From positions 1-16,764 of IMG/VR virus record IMGVR_UViG_3300028591_000093: a stretch of DNA of 16,764 bases, one strand, 5' to 3'. The position numbers and the translations under genes were made by a program. The number at the start of each line of letters is the position of its first letter. The first letter of the stretch is position 1. Origin of the DNA: a virus. Its lineage: Duplodnaviria > Heunggongvirae > Uroviricota > Caudoviricetes. Positions 6,531 through 16,624 of the stretch are shown piece after piece. The notes under the pieces were generated by a model, which worked only from the letters and a program-made list of their open reading frames with translations, was not told the origin of the DNA and did not search any database.

Positions 6531-8663
6531 TTAGTCTCCTTTTGTTACAAATACTGCAAATTGCATGTAAGGTTGGTCAAGAACTGATTTAGAACCAGCT
6601 TCTACTGAACCAGAAGTTGTGTAAGCATATGGATTACCAGAACCTTGTGGTTGGTCATTGATTGAGCTGACATTGATAACACCATTACTCTTCAATACAA
6701 AGTATTCACCTCTAGTTGCAGCAGGTACCCACTGTGCAATAGGAACAACCCTATCAACACCAGATTGAGTAATTTCTGCATCCGTTCTATCATCAAACAT
6801 CACTGCTATTTGATAACTGTTATCAGTTGGGCAAGTAAATGGAAGATTAGCATCTGCCACAAAAGACTCACCTGGCTCAACAGTTCTAGCATTGAATGTT
6901 ATTTGTTTACCATTTTCAGGATTATAATAAGTTACACCAGAAACAAGATTAACTCCTGTACCAACTGTGCTATAAACACTAGACCTACATCTACAATATA
7001 CAACATTCTGTACATTAGGGTCTACTATTTGATAAGCATAGATAGTACCTGTAGCATCTGCACTCATTGTGTAGCTATTATAATTTCCTTCCACAGCTGC
7101 TGCTGTTACAACAAGCATATCATCTGGTTTTCTACCTTCATAATCAGCATATGTTGGATTCCAGTACATTGCTCTGTCAGTATCAGAAGCATTGCTGTCT
7201 TTTCTTAACAAGTATTTACCAGCAGGCAGCGAATCACCAGGACCATACTGAGTGCCAGTATACTTATCTAAGTTCATAGTTGCATGTTTGTCAGTAATAT
7301 GGTCAGATTGAATCGCATATACTGCATTATATTGCAACTGTGAAGGATTAATCTTCATTATTTTTGAATAGATAGCACCTTTATTTTCTTGAGTGTTACT
7401 CTCATCAAGTTTGATGTTACCATTTTCTACCTTGATACAACCTGTAATAGTTCTGTTATCAAAGCACCAAGTGTGACCATCAGAAGCAGTTCTTACACCA
7501 GCACCTGTAGTGCCAAGTACTGCAATGTGTGCAGCAGGTGGAAATGCTCCATAATATAAGTTATTCTGTGGGAATACACAAGCTGCTGTTGGCTTCAAAG
7601 TGAAATCAAGCCCATCTGGGTCATTGAAGATGTCATAAGCAGTTTGGTCAGGGAATACACAAGCATTATCACCAGTTGCAAATTGCATTGACTTAGAAGC
7701 TGTGATAAGATTTAAACTAATCATTGCATTTACTACATCAGAGATATTTGGTGTATCACCTGCAATCTCATTATCAGTAAGTGTGATAGTTAAAGTAACA
7801 TTTTCATCATCATATGCATAACTGAGTGTTTCACCAGTATCCCAGAGAATTTGCCAGTTCTTAGTTACATTACCTGTACCACCAGCTCTTTTCACAAAAT
7901 ATCTACAGTCACTTGCAAAACAACATTGCTGGAAGTAATCTCTTGAGTTTTCATTTGCCTCAACAAAAAAGTCCCACTTTGCATAGACACATCTGTTTCC
8001 ATAATGTCTACCAGTAGCGGCTCCATCTCCTCTTCTTACAATGTTATTTTCTACTCTATCTATTCTTGTATTGTAATAAGTGCAATATGTAGATTGGCTT
8101 CCTGAGTAGTTACTCAATACTACTCCACAACCAGTATTTCTTCTGATGTCAGAGTAGATGATTCTACTGGGGCTGCTGCCTCCAGCACAGCCCCTCCATA
8201 GTTTACTTTGGTGTACTAGGACAGGGCTGGAGGCAAACCCATACACAAAGTCAGCATAGCTAACACTGCCAGCACCGACAGCACGACCAAGCCCATAGAG
8301 GGGTTTATAAGCATCAACTGTTGAAGCATCTGCACCAGCTACTTCCTCACCACCATTCATAAATATCATGTTAGGATAGCCACCAAACCAAGGCAATGTA
8401 TTAACACCCTTACCATCCCAAATAGCAGCACCATAGTAGTCAGCTTTTAGTTGTGTTGAGTGATTACCAACCATAGAATCTGAGAAAATACCTCTCAAGA
8501 TTATAGTACCTGGTTTACTTGTTTGATTATAATATGCTTGAGTAATAGTTCTGTAAGGATTCTGCATAGTACCATCACCATGCTCATCTGAACCAAATCT
8601 ACTATCAACATATTTATTACCATTAGTTGTTCTCCATCTAAAATCTCTATTAGTTGTTGCCAT
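6531..8663 (-). CDS. 710-aa DGR target protein, probably a receptor-binding tail fibre/spike with an N-terminal beta-helix-like start motif
   Basis: Contains the VR at codons ~120-145. The N-terminal YVDSRFGSDEHGDGTMQNPYRTITQAY resembles the cap motif of right-handed parallel beta-helix proteins. It lies in the fibre gene cluster. Confidence 0.8.
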   Translation of the reverse strand: MATTNRDFRWRTTNGNKYVDSRFGSDEHGDGTMQNPYRTITQAYYNQTSKPGTIILRGIFSDSMVGNHSTQLKADYYGAAIWDGKGVNTLPWFGGYPNMIFMNGGEEVAGADASTVDAYKPLYGLGRAVGAGSVSYADFVYGFASSPVLVHQSKLWRGCAGGSSPSRIIYSDIRRNTGCGVVLSNYSGSQSTYCTYYNTRIDRVENNIVRRGDGAATGRHYGNRCVYAKWDFFVEANENSRDYFQQCCFASDCRYFVKRAGGTGNVTKNWQILWDTGETLSYAYDDENVTLTITLTDNEIAGDTPNISDVVNAMISLNLITASKSMQFATGDNACVFPDQTAYDIFNDPDGLDFTLKPTAACVFPQNNLYYGAFPPAAHIAVLGTTGAGVRTASDGHTWCFDNRTITGCIKVENGNIKLDESNTQENKGAIYSKIMKINPSQLQYNAVYAIQSDHITDKHATMNLDKYTGTQYGPGDSLPAGKYLLRKDSNASDTDRAMYWNPTYADYEGRKPDDMLVVTAAAVEGNYNSYTMSADATGTIYAYQIVDPNVQNVVYCRCRSSVYSTVGTGVNLVSGVTYYNPENGKQITFNARTVEPGESFVADANLPFTCPTDNSYQIAVMFDDRTDAEITQSGVDRVVPIAQWVPAATRGEYFVLKSNGVINVSSINDQPQGSGNPYAYTTSGSVEAGSKSVLDQPYMQFAVFVTKGD
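8169..8194 (-). promoter_or_regulatory. Candidate IMH-type GC-rich hairpin 34 nt downstream of the VR, inside the coding sequence
   Basis: GGGGCTGTGCTGGAGGCAGCAGCCCC can fold into a ~10-bp stem with a 2-nt bulge and a 4-nt loop. It uses GC-ending codons that are unusual for this genome. Confidence 0.5.
8229..8305 (-). repeat. DGR variable repeat (VR), encoding KPLYGLGRAVGAGSVSYADFVYGFAS
   Basis: Identical to the TR except at 14 positions, all A in the TR: ACC>CCC, AAC>GTC, AAT>GGT, AAC>GGC, AAT>AGT, AAC>AGC, AAT>TAT, AAC>GAC, AAT>TTT, AAT>TAT. Confidence 0.95.
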
Positions 8664-9106
8664 TATGCCTTAGTTATTTTAATACCAATAGCAGCATTAC
8701 CACTATTAGCTCTAGTTATTGTCCACATTATTACAGCATTTGCAGGAATGCTCTTACTACCTTCCCAAACACCATTTGTTAAAGTAAGACTCACAGATGA
8801 GCCTGAATTTTGTACATAATAAGAAATAGAACTTACATTGTACCCAACAACTTTAGTAAGATTAACTGCACCAAACATATTTACATCAGTAACAGTAACT
8901 ACATCTGTACCAAAGTCTATAGAATAAGTATGATTGCCTTCAATCATTCCACTTATATCCTCTTCTTGTAATCCACCAACAGAATTACCACCAAAGTAGA
9001 CTTTTCCATCATCAGTAATTACAAGAGCATCACTACAATCTTCTGACACTGTTTCAGGGTCATTACCAGTGTAGCTAATAATTCTAGGTCTTTTAATTTC
9101 TTCCAT
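8663..9106 (-). CDS. 147-aa hypothetical protein, probably virion/fibre-associated
   Basis: Clean ATG-TAA ORF. Its TAA overlaps the ATG of the DGR target gene. Confidence 0.7.
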   Translation of the reverse strand: MEEIKRPRIISYTGNDPETVSEDCSDALVITDDGKVYFGGNSVGGLQEEDISGMIEGNHTYSIDFGTDVVTVTDVNMFGAVNLTKVVGYNVSSISYYVQNSGSSVSLTLTNGVWEGSKSIPANAVIMWTITRANSGNAAIGIKITKA

Positions 9107-9123
9107 TAAAAGTAATGTTTAGT

Positions 9124-9153
9124 GGAGGCATGTAGGATTACCTACACACCTCC
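9124..9153 (-). terminator. Strong intergenic RNA stem-loop (terminator-like or processing/stabilising hairpin)
   Basis: Minus strand GGAGGUGUGUAGG-UAAU-CCUACAUGCCUCC forms a 13-bp stem including two G.U pairs. There is no U-tract directly after it, so termination is uncertain. Confidence 0.45.
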
Positions 9154-9167
9154 TTATTTATATTATA

Positions 9168-12100
9168 TTAAGATGCAGCACTTACTATACTTCTTTGTGT
9201 ACCACCATTGATTAACCAACCAATAGTAGGAATATAAGTTCCAACATATTCTGCTACTTGACCAGCAGGAATTGATTCAATGTTTGTCATTAACTTTGCA
9301 GTTACTCCACCTACTGTATAGAAAGTAGGAGTTACAGCACTACCACTAGTATTAGAAATGATAACAGAGCATGTAGTTACTTTACCTGTATTAGATGGTT
9401 GTCCAACATAAACAGTAGAACCTGTAGTTATGTATACTTCATAATTACCATTCATAGGTGATGCTTGAGATAATGTTGTAGTATATCTACCAACATGACC
9501 AATTACATCTTGAATAGATAAATGAGATGAAGTTACTGTACCACCATTATATCCACCTACATTTTTAAGATAGAAGTTATCTCCAGATAAAGTATAACCT
9601 AATGCACTTATTGCATTATTACTATCAATTGCTACATTATCTCCAGAAGTATATTTGGAATCAGATGCAATCTAATAAATCTTTGAACCATCATTATAGA
9701 AAAGCTTACCTGTTATAGGATTGTAACTTTGTCTAGACCCATTGAAATGTGACATTGGGTCATCAGCTTCACCACCCGCTATATAAACTTTTTCATAATC
9801 AGTTCTAGCATTATTTAATTGCCAAACTCCATAGTCGGTACTTGTCTTATCAACATAGAATATAAGATTATCAATTATGATTTTAAGACAGTTAATATAT
9901 AAGTTCTGATATGAGAAAGCATTATACATAAATTTGCTTTCTCCTGCAAACATGCTCCATAAATCAGGAGTTACAGAATTGCCGTTTCTATCATATACTC
10001 CACTTCCTGTTGTATAATCTGGTAATGCTGGCAATGCAATATTAGTCACAGGATTTTTACCTGAACTAGAATAAGGAGTAAAATCATATGTTTTACTCTT
10101 AAAGTCTATCTTTAACTCTGAACCATTGTAATCAGCTCCTTCAATTGTAGAACTTGCTGTACCAAACTTTAATGTAAGAATGCCGTTGTCAAATGAAACA
10201 AGGTTCTTCATTACAGCAGCATTACCAGAAGAATTAGTATCTAATTCAGAAAGATATGGAGCTAACCAATAACCTTTATCCCAATAATTACCAGCATCTT
10301 TTTGACTAAAGTTACCATCAATTATCTTTGAATTATACCATTTCTTAGTAGAAATGTCATATATAGAACCAAATATATAAATAGTACCTGTATAGCTTTC
10401 AGAAGAATCTGAAAGTTGAGCAATAGACATCGAGCTAGAATTGGTTACAACTCCATTGATAAATCCAATATAACCTGAAGCTTCAACTGAACTATTAGCA
10501 GTTACTGTTTCTGTTCCAATAAGTACTCTATTATGTCTGCCAGTAGAGGTTTTGATGTTAGCAATACTATATACATTTACAGTTCCAGATGGGAATGATT
10601 CAGCACCTTGAGAAGAAACTCTACCTGTCCAGTAAATAACTTTAGCAGTATTATTGTTTTGATTAACACTTACCCAAGCAAATTCACTAGGCATTTTAGG
10701 AGAATTCTCTCCAGTACTACCACTAGGATAAATATCATATAAAGTATTTCTATAATAAACATCTTTATTAGTAGAAAAATGTCTTGCAACAGCATTAGAA
10801 TCATTTACAATAGAGAAACCAATTTGGTCTCCAGTTGTATTACCCGAAGTTGTTCCAATTAAAGATTCTACTATATAAGAAGATTTACTATATGGCATCA
10901 AGTAACCATTGAATTCTATAGAATTTACTTTATTCTTAACAGCACCACCATCATTATACCATCTACTATAACCATAACCACTATTAGATACATATGTACC
11001 ATCTCCATATTCTGGCATGTTGTTACCATAACTGTTATTATGGCAAGCAGCCTAGAATTGTTGCCAAGATGCAAGAACATCAGTTTCAATATTATCAGGA
11101 CTCTTACATTGTAAAAAATCTTGTTGATTATCTACAATCAAAGCATCTTGATATAACAATTGATGTGTAGTTAACTCATCATTTTCATCAGAGTAGATTA
11201 ACTCATGTCTAACTGTTGGTACTTCACAATGAATTTTATTATCATCATCAATGTTGATAAGTCTACCTGCTTCATAAGCTCCCTTACCACCACTTCCTTG
11301 AATCTTTAAGTCATAATTAGTACCATCAGTATATTCAATTCTGAAAGTATAATAATCTTCCTCATCAGGCAATCCTGATACTTGATAAATAGTTCTAATA
11401 CTTCTACATCTCAAATCTCCAAGTTCGATAATAGTTTGAAAACTATCAAAAGACATTTGAAGTTTTTGATAGCTCATTGGAGGATAATCCTCATCAGTAA
11501 TGTTGATTAACCTAAATGCTGGAATTAAACCTTCAGCATTAAGTAAATCCCCTTTAGGACCTCTAATGTTACCACCAGTGTTTTGCCAGATTTGAGTAGA
11601 GGTTAATTCATCAATACTGTTTAATCTAAATACATCACCAATATTAGCAAATGTATCATCGGTTCCTGTATAGACAGCATAGTCACCAACATCAGCACCA
11701 GCAATGTTAATTGGGGCAGTAGTTGTAAAGAACACAGGATGACCTTGTTCACCTCTAGGGCCCTGGTCTCCTTGCTCACCTTTTACACCATTTCTTACCT
11801 TGAATGTACCAATATAAGTACTATCTTCAGGAGAATCTCCTTCTTCCCCAACATACATATCATAGAAGTTATAATCACCACTAGTTGTTATAAATGCTGT
11901 TGGGTCTGATTCATTCTCATTATTAAGAACAATGTTGTTTACAGCATATCCTCTTGGCCCTCTAAAACTACCAATCTTATCAAAGCTTGTTGTAGTAGCA
12001 CCATGAATATCAAGGCCATTACCTAAACTGATATAAACATCACCTGTATCAGTATTTAAGTAATAATCACCTCTTGGAATATTCATCACATAAGTACCAT

Positions 12101-12881
12101 TCTCAGTAACTTCAGTACCATAGTGCCAAGTAGAATAAGCAGGTAAAGTAAGATAAACCTCACCTGCATTATCTTCTCCACTTGTAAAGTCAGTATCAAG
12201 AGTACCAATCAATCTATTAGTTCCAGTAATAAAGAACTGTATAGTCTTATTCTCATTAAAATGATTACTAACTTCACAATAATCTGCTACTTCAGCATGA
12301 TATGCTTCTTTAATTTTCTCAATAGTAGTTGGTAAAATACCATGAGGGTCATAGATTGCTTCTTGGTCATTCTCATCAATAATAACAGTTAAGTTATTAT
12401 ATTGAGTATTTTCAGCAGTGTTAATATGTAATTCTGTCCAATGTGCTAAGTTGTAATTCTCAACAAACACATCAGAAATAGACAGATTGTTAATAACACC
12501 AGTTTTGTCAACAGAAGCTTTTCTAGCAGAGCAATAAGCATAAGAAGATTGAGGAATCAAAATTCTAAATACTTCATTGTTGCTATCATATGTATAATAC
12601 AATGTAGATTCTCTACCTCTACTTAAACCTGTAAAGTTGAGATAACTACCATTGATAAAGAGATTAAATACACCATCACAGATAATACCTTGTGCATCAA
12701 AATAAAGTAACTTAATAGTCACAATATCCTGGTCTTGACAAGGTATTGTAATCATTTTAGTCTCACTAGTACCGTTCTGGAAAGGTAAGTATCTCTTATT
12801 TGCTCCTTGAACAAAACCAGTCAAACCAGCAGTACCAACACCAGACTGGTTTTCAAATTCAGTAATATCAGTATTATTCAT
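9168..12881 (-). CDS. ~1237-aa large tail fibre-like protein with collagen-like Gly-X-Y segments
   Basis: ORFs 11052..12905, 9672..11018 and 9168..9455 are in one frame and joined by TAGs at 11052 and 9672. ATG 12881 follows GGGGAGGA and overlaps the upstream stop. GVKGEQGDQGPRGEQG at ~11742-11789, with RGPRG and RGPKGD nearby. Confidence 0.8.
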
Positions 12882-13608
12882 TGAACAGGTCCTCCCCTTC
12901 TTCACTAGTTAACATTTTTAAACTATCTACTTCAGCATCTCCTGTTTGTACAAGAGCCTCTCTATTAAGAGTACCATCACCCCAAGCATGGTTGAGTTGA
13001 ACTTTAAGTGCAGCAGCAATAGCTTCTATACTTGTTTTCTCACCAATAAGGTCAATAAATGGTCTGAATTCTTCTGCTACTGGATGGAAGTAATATGGCT
13101 TACCAGCACTACTGGAGTTACTAGCTTCAGTAGCATTGTTAACATCATAGACTAACCAGTAGTCTTTCTTGTCATTATCTGACATTGTACTAATGTTGGC
13201 TTTAATATTCTCAAACTGAGCCTCAGTTACTAAATGCCATTTTGGTATATAATCACAGTTCACTTCTACATCCAATTTAGTTATTGTTCCAGATTCTGTT
13301 ACATCCCAGTTAAGAGTTCTCCATGTCCAGGATGTTTGAGGTGTATTAACATTAGTTGCAAATACATCTGGAGCAGTTCTTGTTTTTACAAAATCACTGT
13401 TCTTCAAGATGAATTGTTGCTGTAGGTCATGCAATTTTTGCTGAACCTCGGGCTCAACATCTAAAAAGTCAGCCCACTGAGCAACATCACACACTATTAC
13501 CATGAATAATGTCTTCTCCCAAGTACAGTCATGTGTTTGTCCAAGATACCTTAACTTGTCATAATAAGCAAGTATAGTATCATATAATGTCTTACCTACA
13601 GCTATCAT
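12874..13608 (-). CDS. 244-aa hypothetical structural protein (tail/collar region of a crAss-like phage)
   Basis: Clean ORF, coupled to both neighbours. Function inferred from context only. Confidence 0.6.
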   Translation of the reverse strand: MIAVGKTLYDTILAYYDKLRYLGQTHDCTWEKTLFMVIVCDVAQWADFLDVEPEVQQKLHDLQQQFILKNSDFVKTRTAPDVFATNVNTPQTSWTWRTLNWDVTESGTITKLDVEVNCDYIPKWHLVTEAQFENIKANISTMSDNDKKDYWLVYDVNNATEASNSSSAGKPYYFHPVAEEFRPFIDLIGEKTSIEAIAAALKVQLNHAWGDGTLNREALVQTGDAEVDSLKMLTSEEGEDLFNE

Positions 13609-13610
13609 AA

Positions 13611-14195
13611 TTATTTACCACAACCACATCCAATTATTGGTCCTTGACCACCACATCTTCTGTAGTTCTTATTTATAATGTTAAATAGGTTTAGAGCATC
13701 TGCTGTCTGTTTATGTTGCATAGCTTGTAAGTGTGCCCATAACAGTAAGTATTTTACATACAACTCAGAGTTAACACTAGCACATCCATCACAGCTTCCA
13801 GCAGAAGCTAATATTTCTTGCACTAAGTAATCATACACATTATGTACATCTGAACAAAGTGCAACAATCTCTGATGTATCATTAGACTCAAGGCTGTGAG
13901 CACTAAGAGTGATTTGATACATTGCAGGGTCAGTTACATGAAGAGCTTCTTCTAAGTCAATTCTAGTAGCAATAACAGGAGAAGTATTATAAATCTTTTG
14001 TTCATGTTCATCATATTCTCCTGACCAGAATAAAGCATCTGTAAGGTCTACAATATTGACAGTACCATTAGGCAACCAGTATTTTAAAGATACCCCTGTA
14101 AATACAGCATTTACTGTCTTGTTACAGCTAGCAACTATCTCCAAATACTTTCCTTCTTCAGTAACTCTAAATATATCAAGATTGATTGTCACCAT
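13611..14195 (-). CDS. 194-aa crAss-like structural protein with a C-terminal Cys motif (tail hub/collar-type, tentative)
   Basis: The N-terminal FRVTEEGKYLEI and C-terminal RRCGGQGPIIGCGCGK resemble, from memory, conserved crAss-like virion proteins. Not verified by search. Confidence 0.5.
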   Translation of the reverse strand: MVTINLDIFRVTEEGKYLEIVASCNKTVNAVFTGVSLKYWLPNGTVNIVDLTDALFWSGEYDEHEQKIYNTSPVIATRIDLEEALHVTDPAMYQITLSAHSLESNDTSEIVALCSDVHNVYDYLVQEILASAGSCDGCASVNSELYVKYLLLWAHLQAMQHKQTADALNLFNIINKNYRRCGGQGPIIGCGCGK

Positions 14196-14454
14196 CTGGT
14201 TGTTTAGTAATTTTAGCAGTTAAACCTAATGCAGCACAGAATACAATTATATATCCACAAGCTGTGAATAATAGAGGGCTAACTCCATAAGTTGCTTGTA
14301 AATCAAATAACTTATCTGCCCCTAGAACTGCTACCGCTGCTGTACCCAGTTCTATTGCAAACTTCAGTATTTTCTGGAAGAAGGGAGGTGATTTCTTAGA
14401 CCACCTCTCCTTTGCTTCTTTCCAGAAATTATTTTTTTCTGTTGTTAATGGCAT
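14176..14454 (-). CDS. ~92-aa holin-like membrane protein with two hydrophobic segments
   Basis: Hydrophobic stretches ILKFAIELGTAAVAVLGA and LLFTACGYIIVFCAALGLTA, with a basic N-terminus. The likely start is ATG 14454, overlapping the end of the portal gene. Confidence 0.55.
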   Translation of the reverse strand: MPLTTEKNNFWKEAKERWSKKSPPFFQKILKFAIELGTAAVAVLGADKLFDLQATYGVSPLLFTACGYIIVFCAALGLTAKITKQPDGDNQS

Positions 14455-16624
14455 CGTTGTTAGGATTTGTATCAAGTAATTGTAATCTTTCTAATTGATT
14501 TCTTTCTCTAATAAGTTGATTCTCCTCTTCCTTGAGCTTAGCTGTTTGTTCTGCATCAAATCTCTTGATAGCAAGACCTTCAGTAACTTCATACTCATCA
14601 ATTTGGAGTTTCTTCTCATTGAGTTGACCAAGCTTATTGATTGCTTGATTAAGCTGCTTTTGCAACTGTTGTTGTTGTTTTTGAGCTTCTTCTAGAGCTT
14701 GTGTAAGTTGTTGTACTTGATTGTTCTCCAGTTTCTTTTGTCTGATAGCTTCCATAACAGCCTCTTTCATTTCTGTAGTAGACTTGGAAGTAGTAACGAT
14801 AACAAGTAACTCTGGGTCAACTTGGCTAGCTTGAGACAACTGAATAGCTACTTGTCTAAGCAAGTCTTGCTGTTCAATCAATTCAGCTGTATCAACAACA
14901 TGTACATCATAACTAGTAGAAGTATAATGTTCAGGAAGTACATCAAGATAGTATTTCTGATTACCAAGAACAAATTCTCCTTTAAGACCTTTCTTGTAAA
15001 CAATCTTAGAAATGTCTATGCAATCAGTAAGTACTTCTGATGTTACAGTATCCATTGCCTGGAAATACGGCTTGGTAATAACATAAGATTGCTGCATACC
15101 TTTTTCTACATTGGCTACAGCATCTCTTTGTTGAATACCGCCTAATCTCTCTCTAAATACACCTGTAATAGAAGAACATGTCATCTCAACTCTTTCCAAA
15201 GCTAAGTCAATAGCCTGGATTGCATTAAGAGATAATGTATCATCAAAACCATTAACAAGTGTATTCATGTTCTCACCACCTTCTTGTGCTGAGTTCATAA
15301 GAGAAATACCTAACTTTCTCCAACCCCAGTACTTAATCAGTCTTTCATCAAACTCAGTACCAAGTTCTGCTGGTAACTGTGCTACATCAACATGTGCACC
15401 CTTAACACCAGACAAAGCAATATAGTTATCTCTTAAATAATGCAAGAGATTAAACTTATCTTGTAAAGTAGCAGTGGCCAAAATAAGAGAATATGGGATA
15501 CCAGTTCTATCTGTAAAATACAGACCATTCAAAGCAAGTCTTGCTTCTGTTGGTTCATCAATATCTCTTACCATATCATCATCTCTACCAAATAAGATGT
15601 AAATGTTCTCACCAATTCTAGTTACATTGTATCTGTAAGCTTTGGTATCATCTCCTTCTCCTTCAGTATCAATCCACTCTACTTCATACACAGGAATAAG
15701 GTCTCTAACAATATCAGAAACTTCTTCATGTGTATTATCAAAACCTCCTGTATAAGAATCCCAGAGACCATCAGACAGATTTACACCAATTCTACCGTTG
15801 ATGGCAGCTAACAAAGTAGCATCATTATATCTGTGATGCATTTGTTCATTGATTTTATCTCTATCTTCTTTAGAAAGATACTTACCATATTTCATGATAA
15901 TCTCTCTCTTGGTCATCCATTTTCTAACTACATCTCTGTAGCCATTCTTAATATACTTACTTTTTGGGTCTCTTTCAATGAAAGTATTAAGAGGGTCAGA
16001 AACTTCAAGTCTAAAACCATTACCAGATTTAGTCTTTACTACTTTATAATGTCCCTCACCACCAACAAGCAAGTCTGTCAGGAGTTCTGTTAATTGATTC
16101 TTTAAATCTATATCTCTAGAATTGATAGCATACTGAACAATTGTCTATGCAGCCATCTCATAATTAGAGATATAATTTCTATTTACAGAATCCTCAACTT
16201 CTTTAAGTTCTTGGTCAATTACCTCATCCTGTACAGGGTCTTGAGGGTCTTTGCCCATTATTAGTCTGTAAATATAATTTTCAAGCTTAGAAATAGCAAG
16301 TTGATGTATCTTGTTCTCCACTTCTAATTGCTTGTCTCTGTAAATATTAGAAAGAGTTTTAGAATCCTTACAAGAAATTTTAGGTTGAAGCTTCTGAGTA
16401 AGATACTCTCCAACGATAGCATCAATATGCTTTCTAGTCAGAGGTACAAATTCTACAGAGGTTGGATTCTCAACACCATAACCTTTTTCATAAGCCTCAT
16501 ACTGTTTTTTGTCAAGAATTCCATGATAGTAGTTATAAGCTTTGTAAAGAGATTTTCTCTCAATAACTAACTCAGTAATAGCACTATCACACTCTTTCAT
16601 TAAGTATTCTTTGTCTTTACTCAT
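14429..16624 (-). CDS. Portal protein, crAss-like, 731 aa
   Basis: ORFs 16145..16624 and 14429..16072 are joined through TAG 16145 (EMAA-Q-TIVQY). Motifs YNYYHG..D..QY, FVPLTRKHIDAIVGEY, ITGVFRERLGGIQQRDAVANV and the coiled-coil Q-rich C-terminus match crAss-like portals as I recall them. Confidence 0.85.

Larger units (their letters stand above)
4703..8663 (-). mobile_element. Diversity-generating retroelement cassette: target gene (VR) - small ORF - TR - spacer - RT
   Basis: An RT with DGR motifs, plus a TR/VR pair with 14 mismatches in 77 nt, all at TR adenines. Confidence 0.95.

Noticed and set aside
12882-12905. GTG start at 12905 for the large fibre gene
   Set aside because: ATG 12881 has a purine-rich RBS-like motif and a tighter overlap with the upstream stop, so it is preferred, although this is not proven.
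1210-16624. Fragmented genes interpreted as pseudogenes or sequencing errors
   Set aside because: Every break is a single in-frame TAG with no frameshift, including in essential genes such as the portal. This is consistent with recoding.
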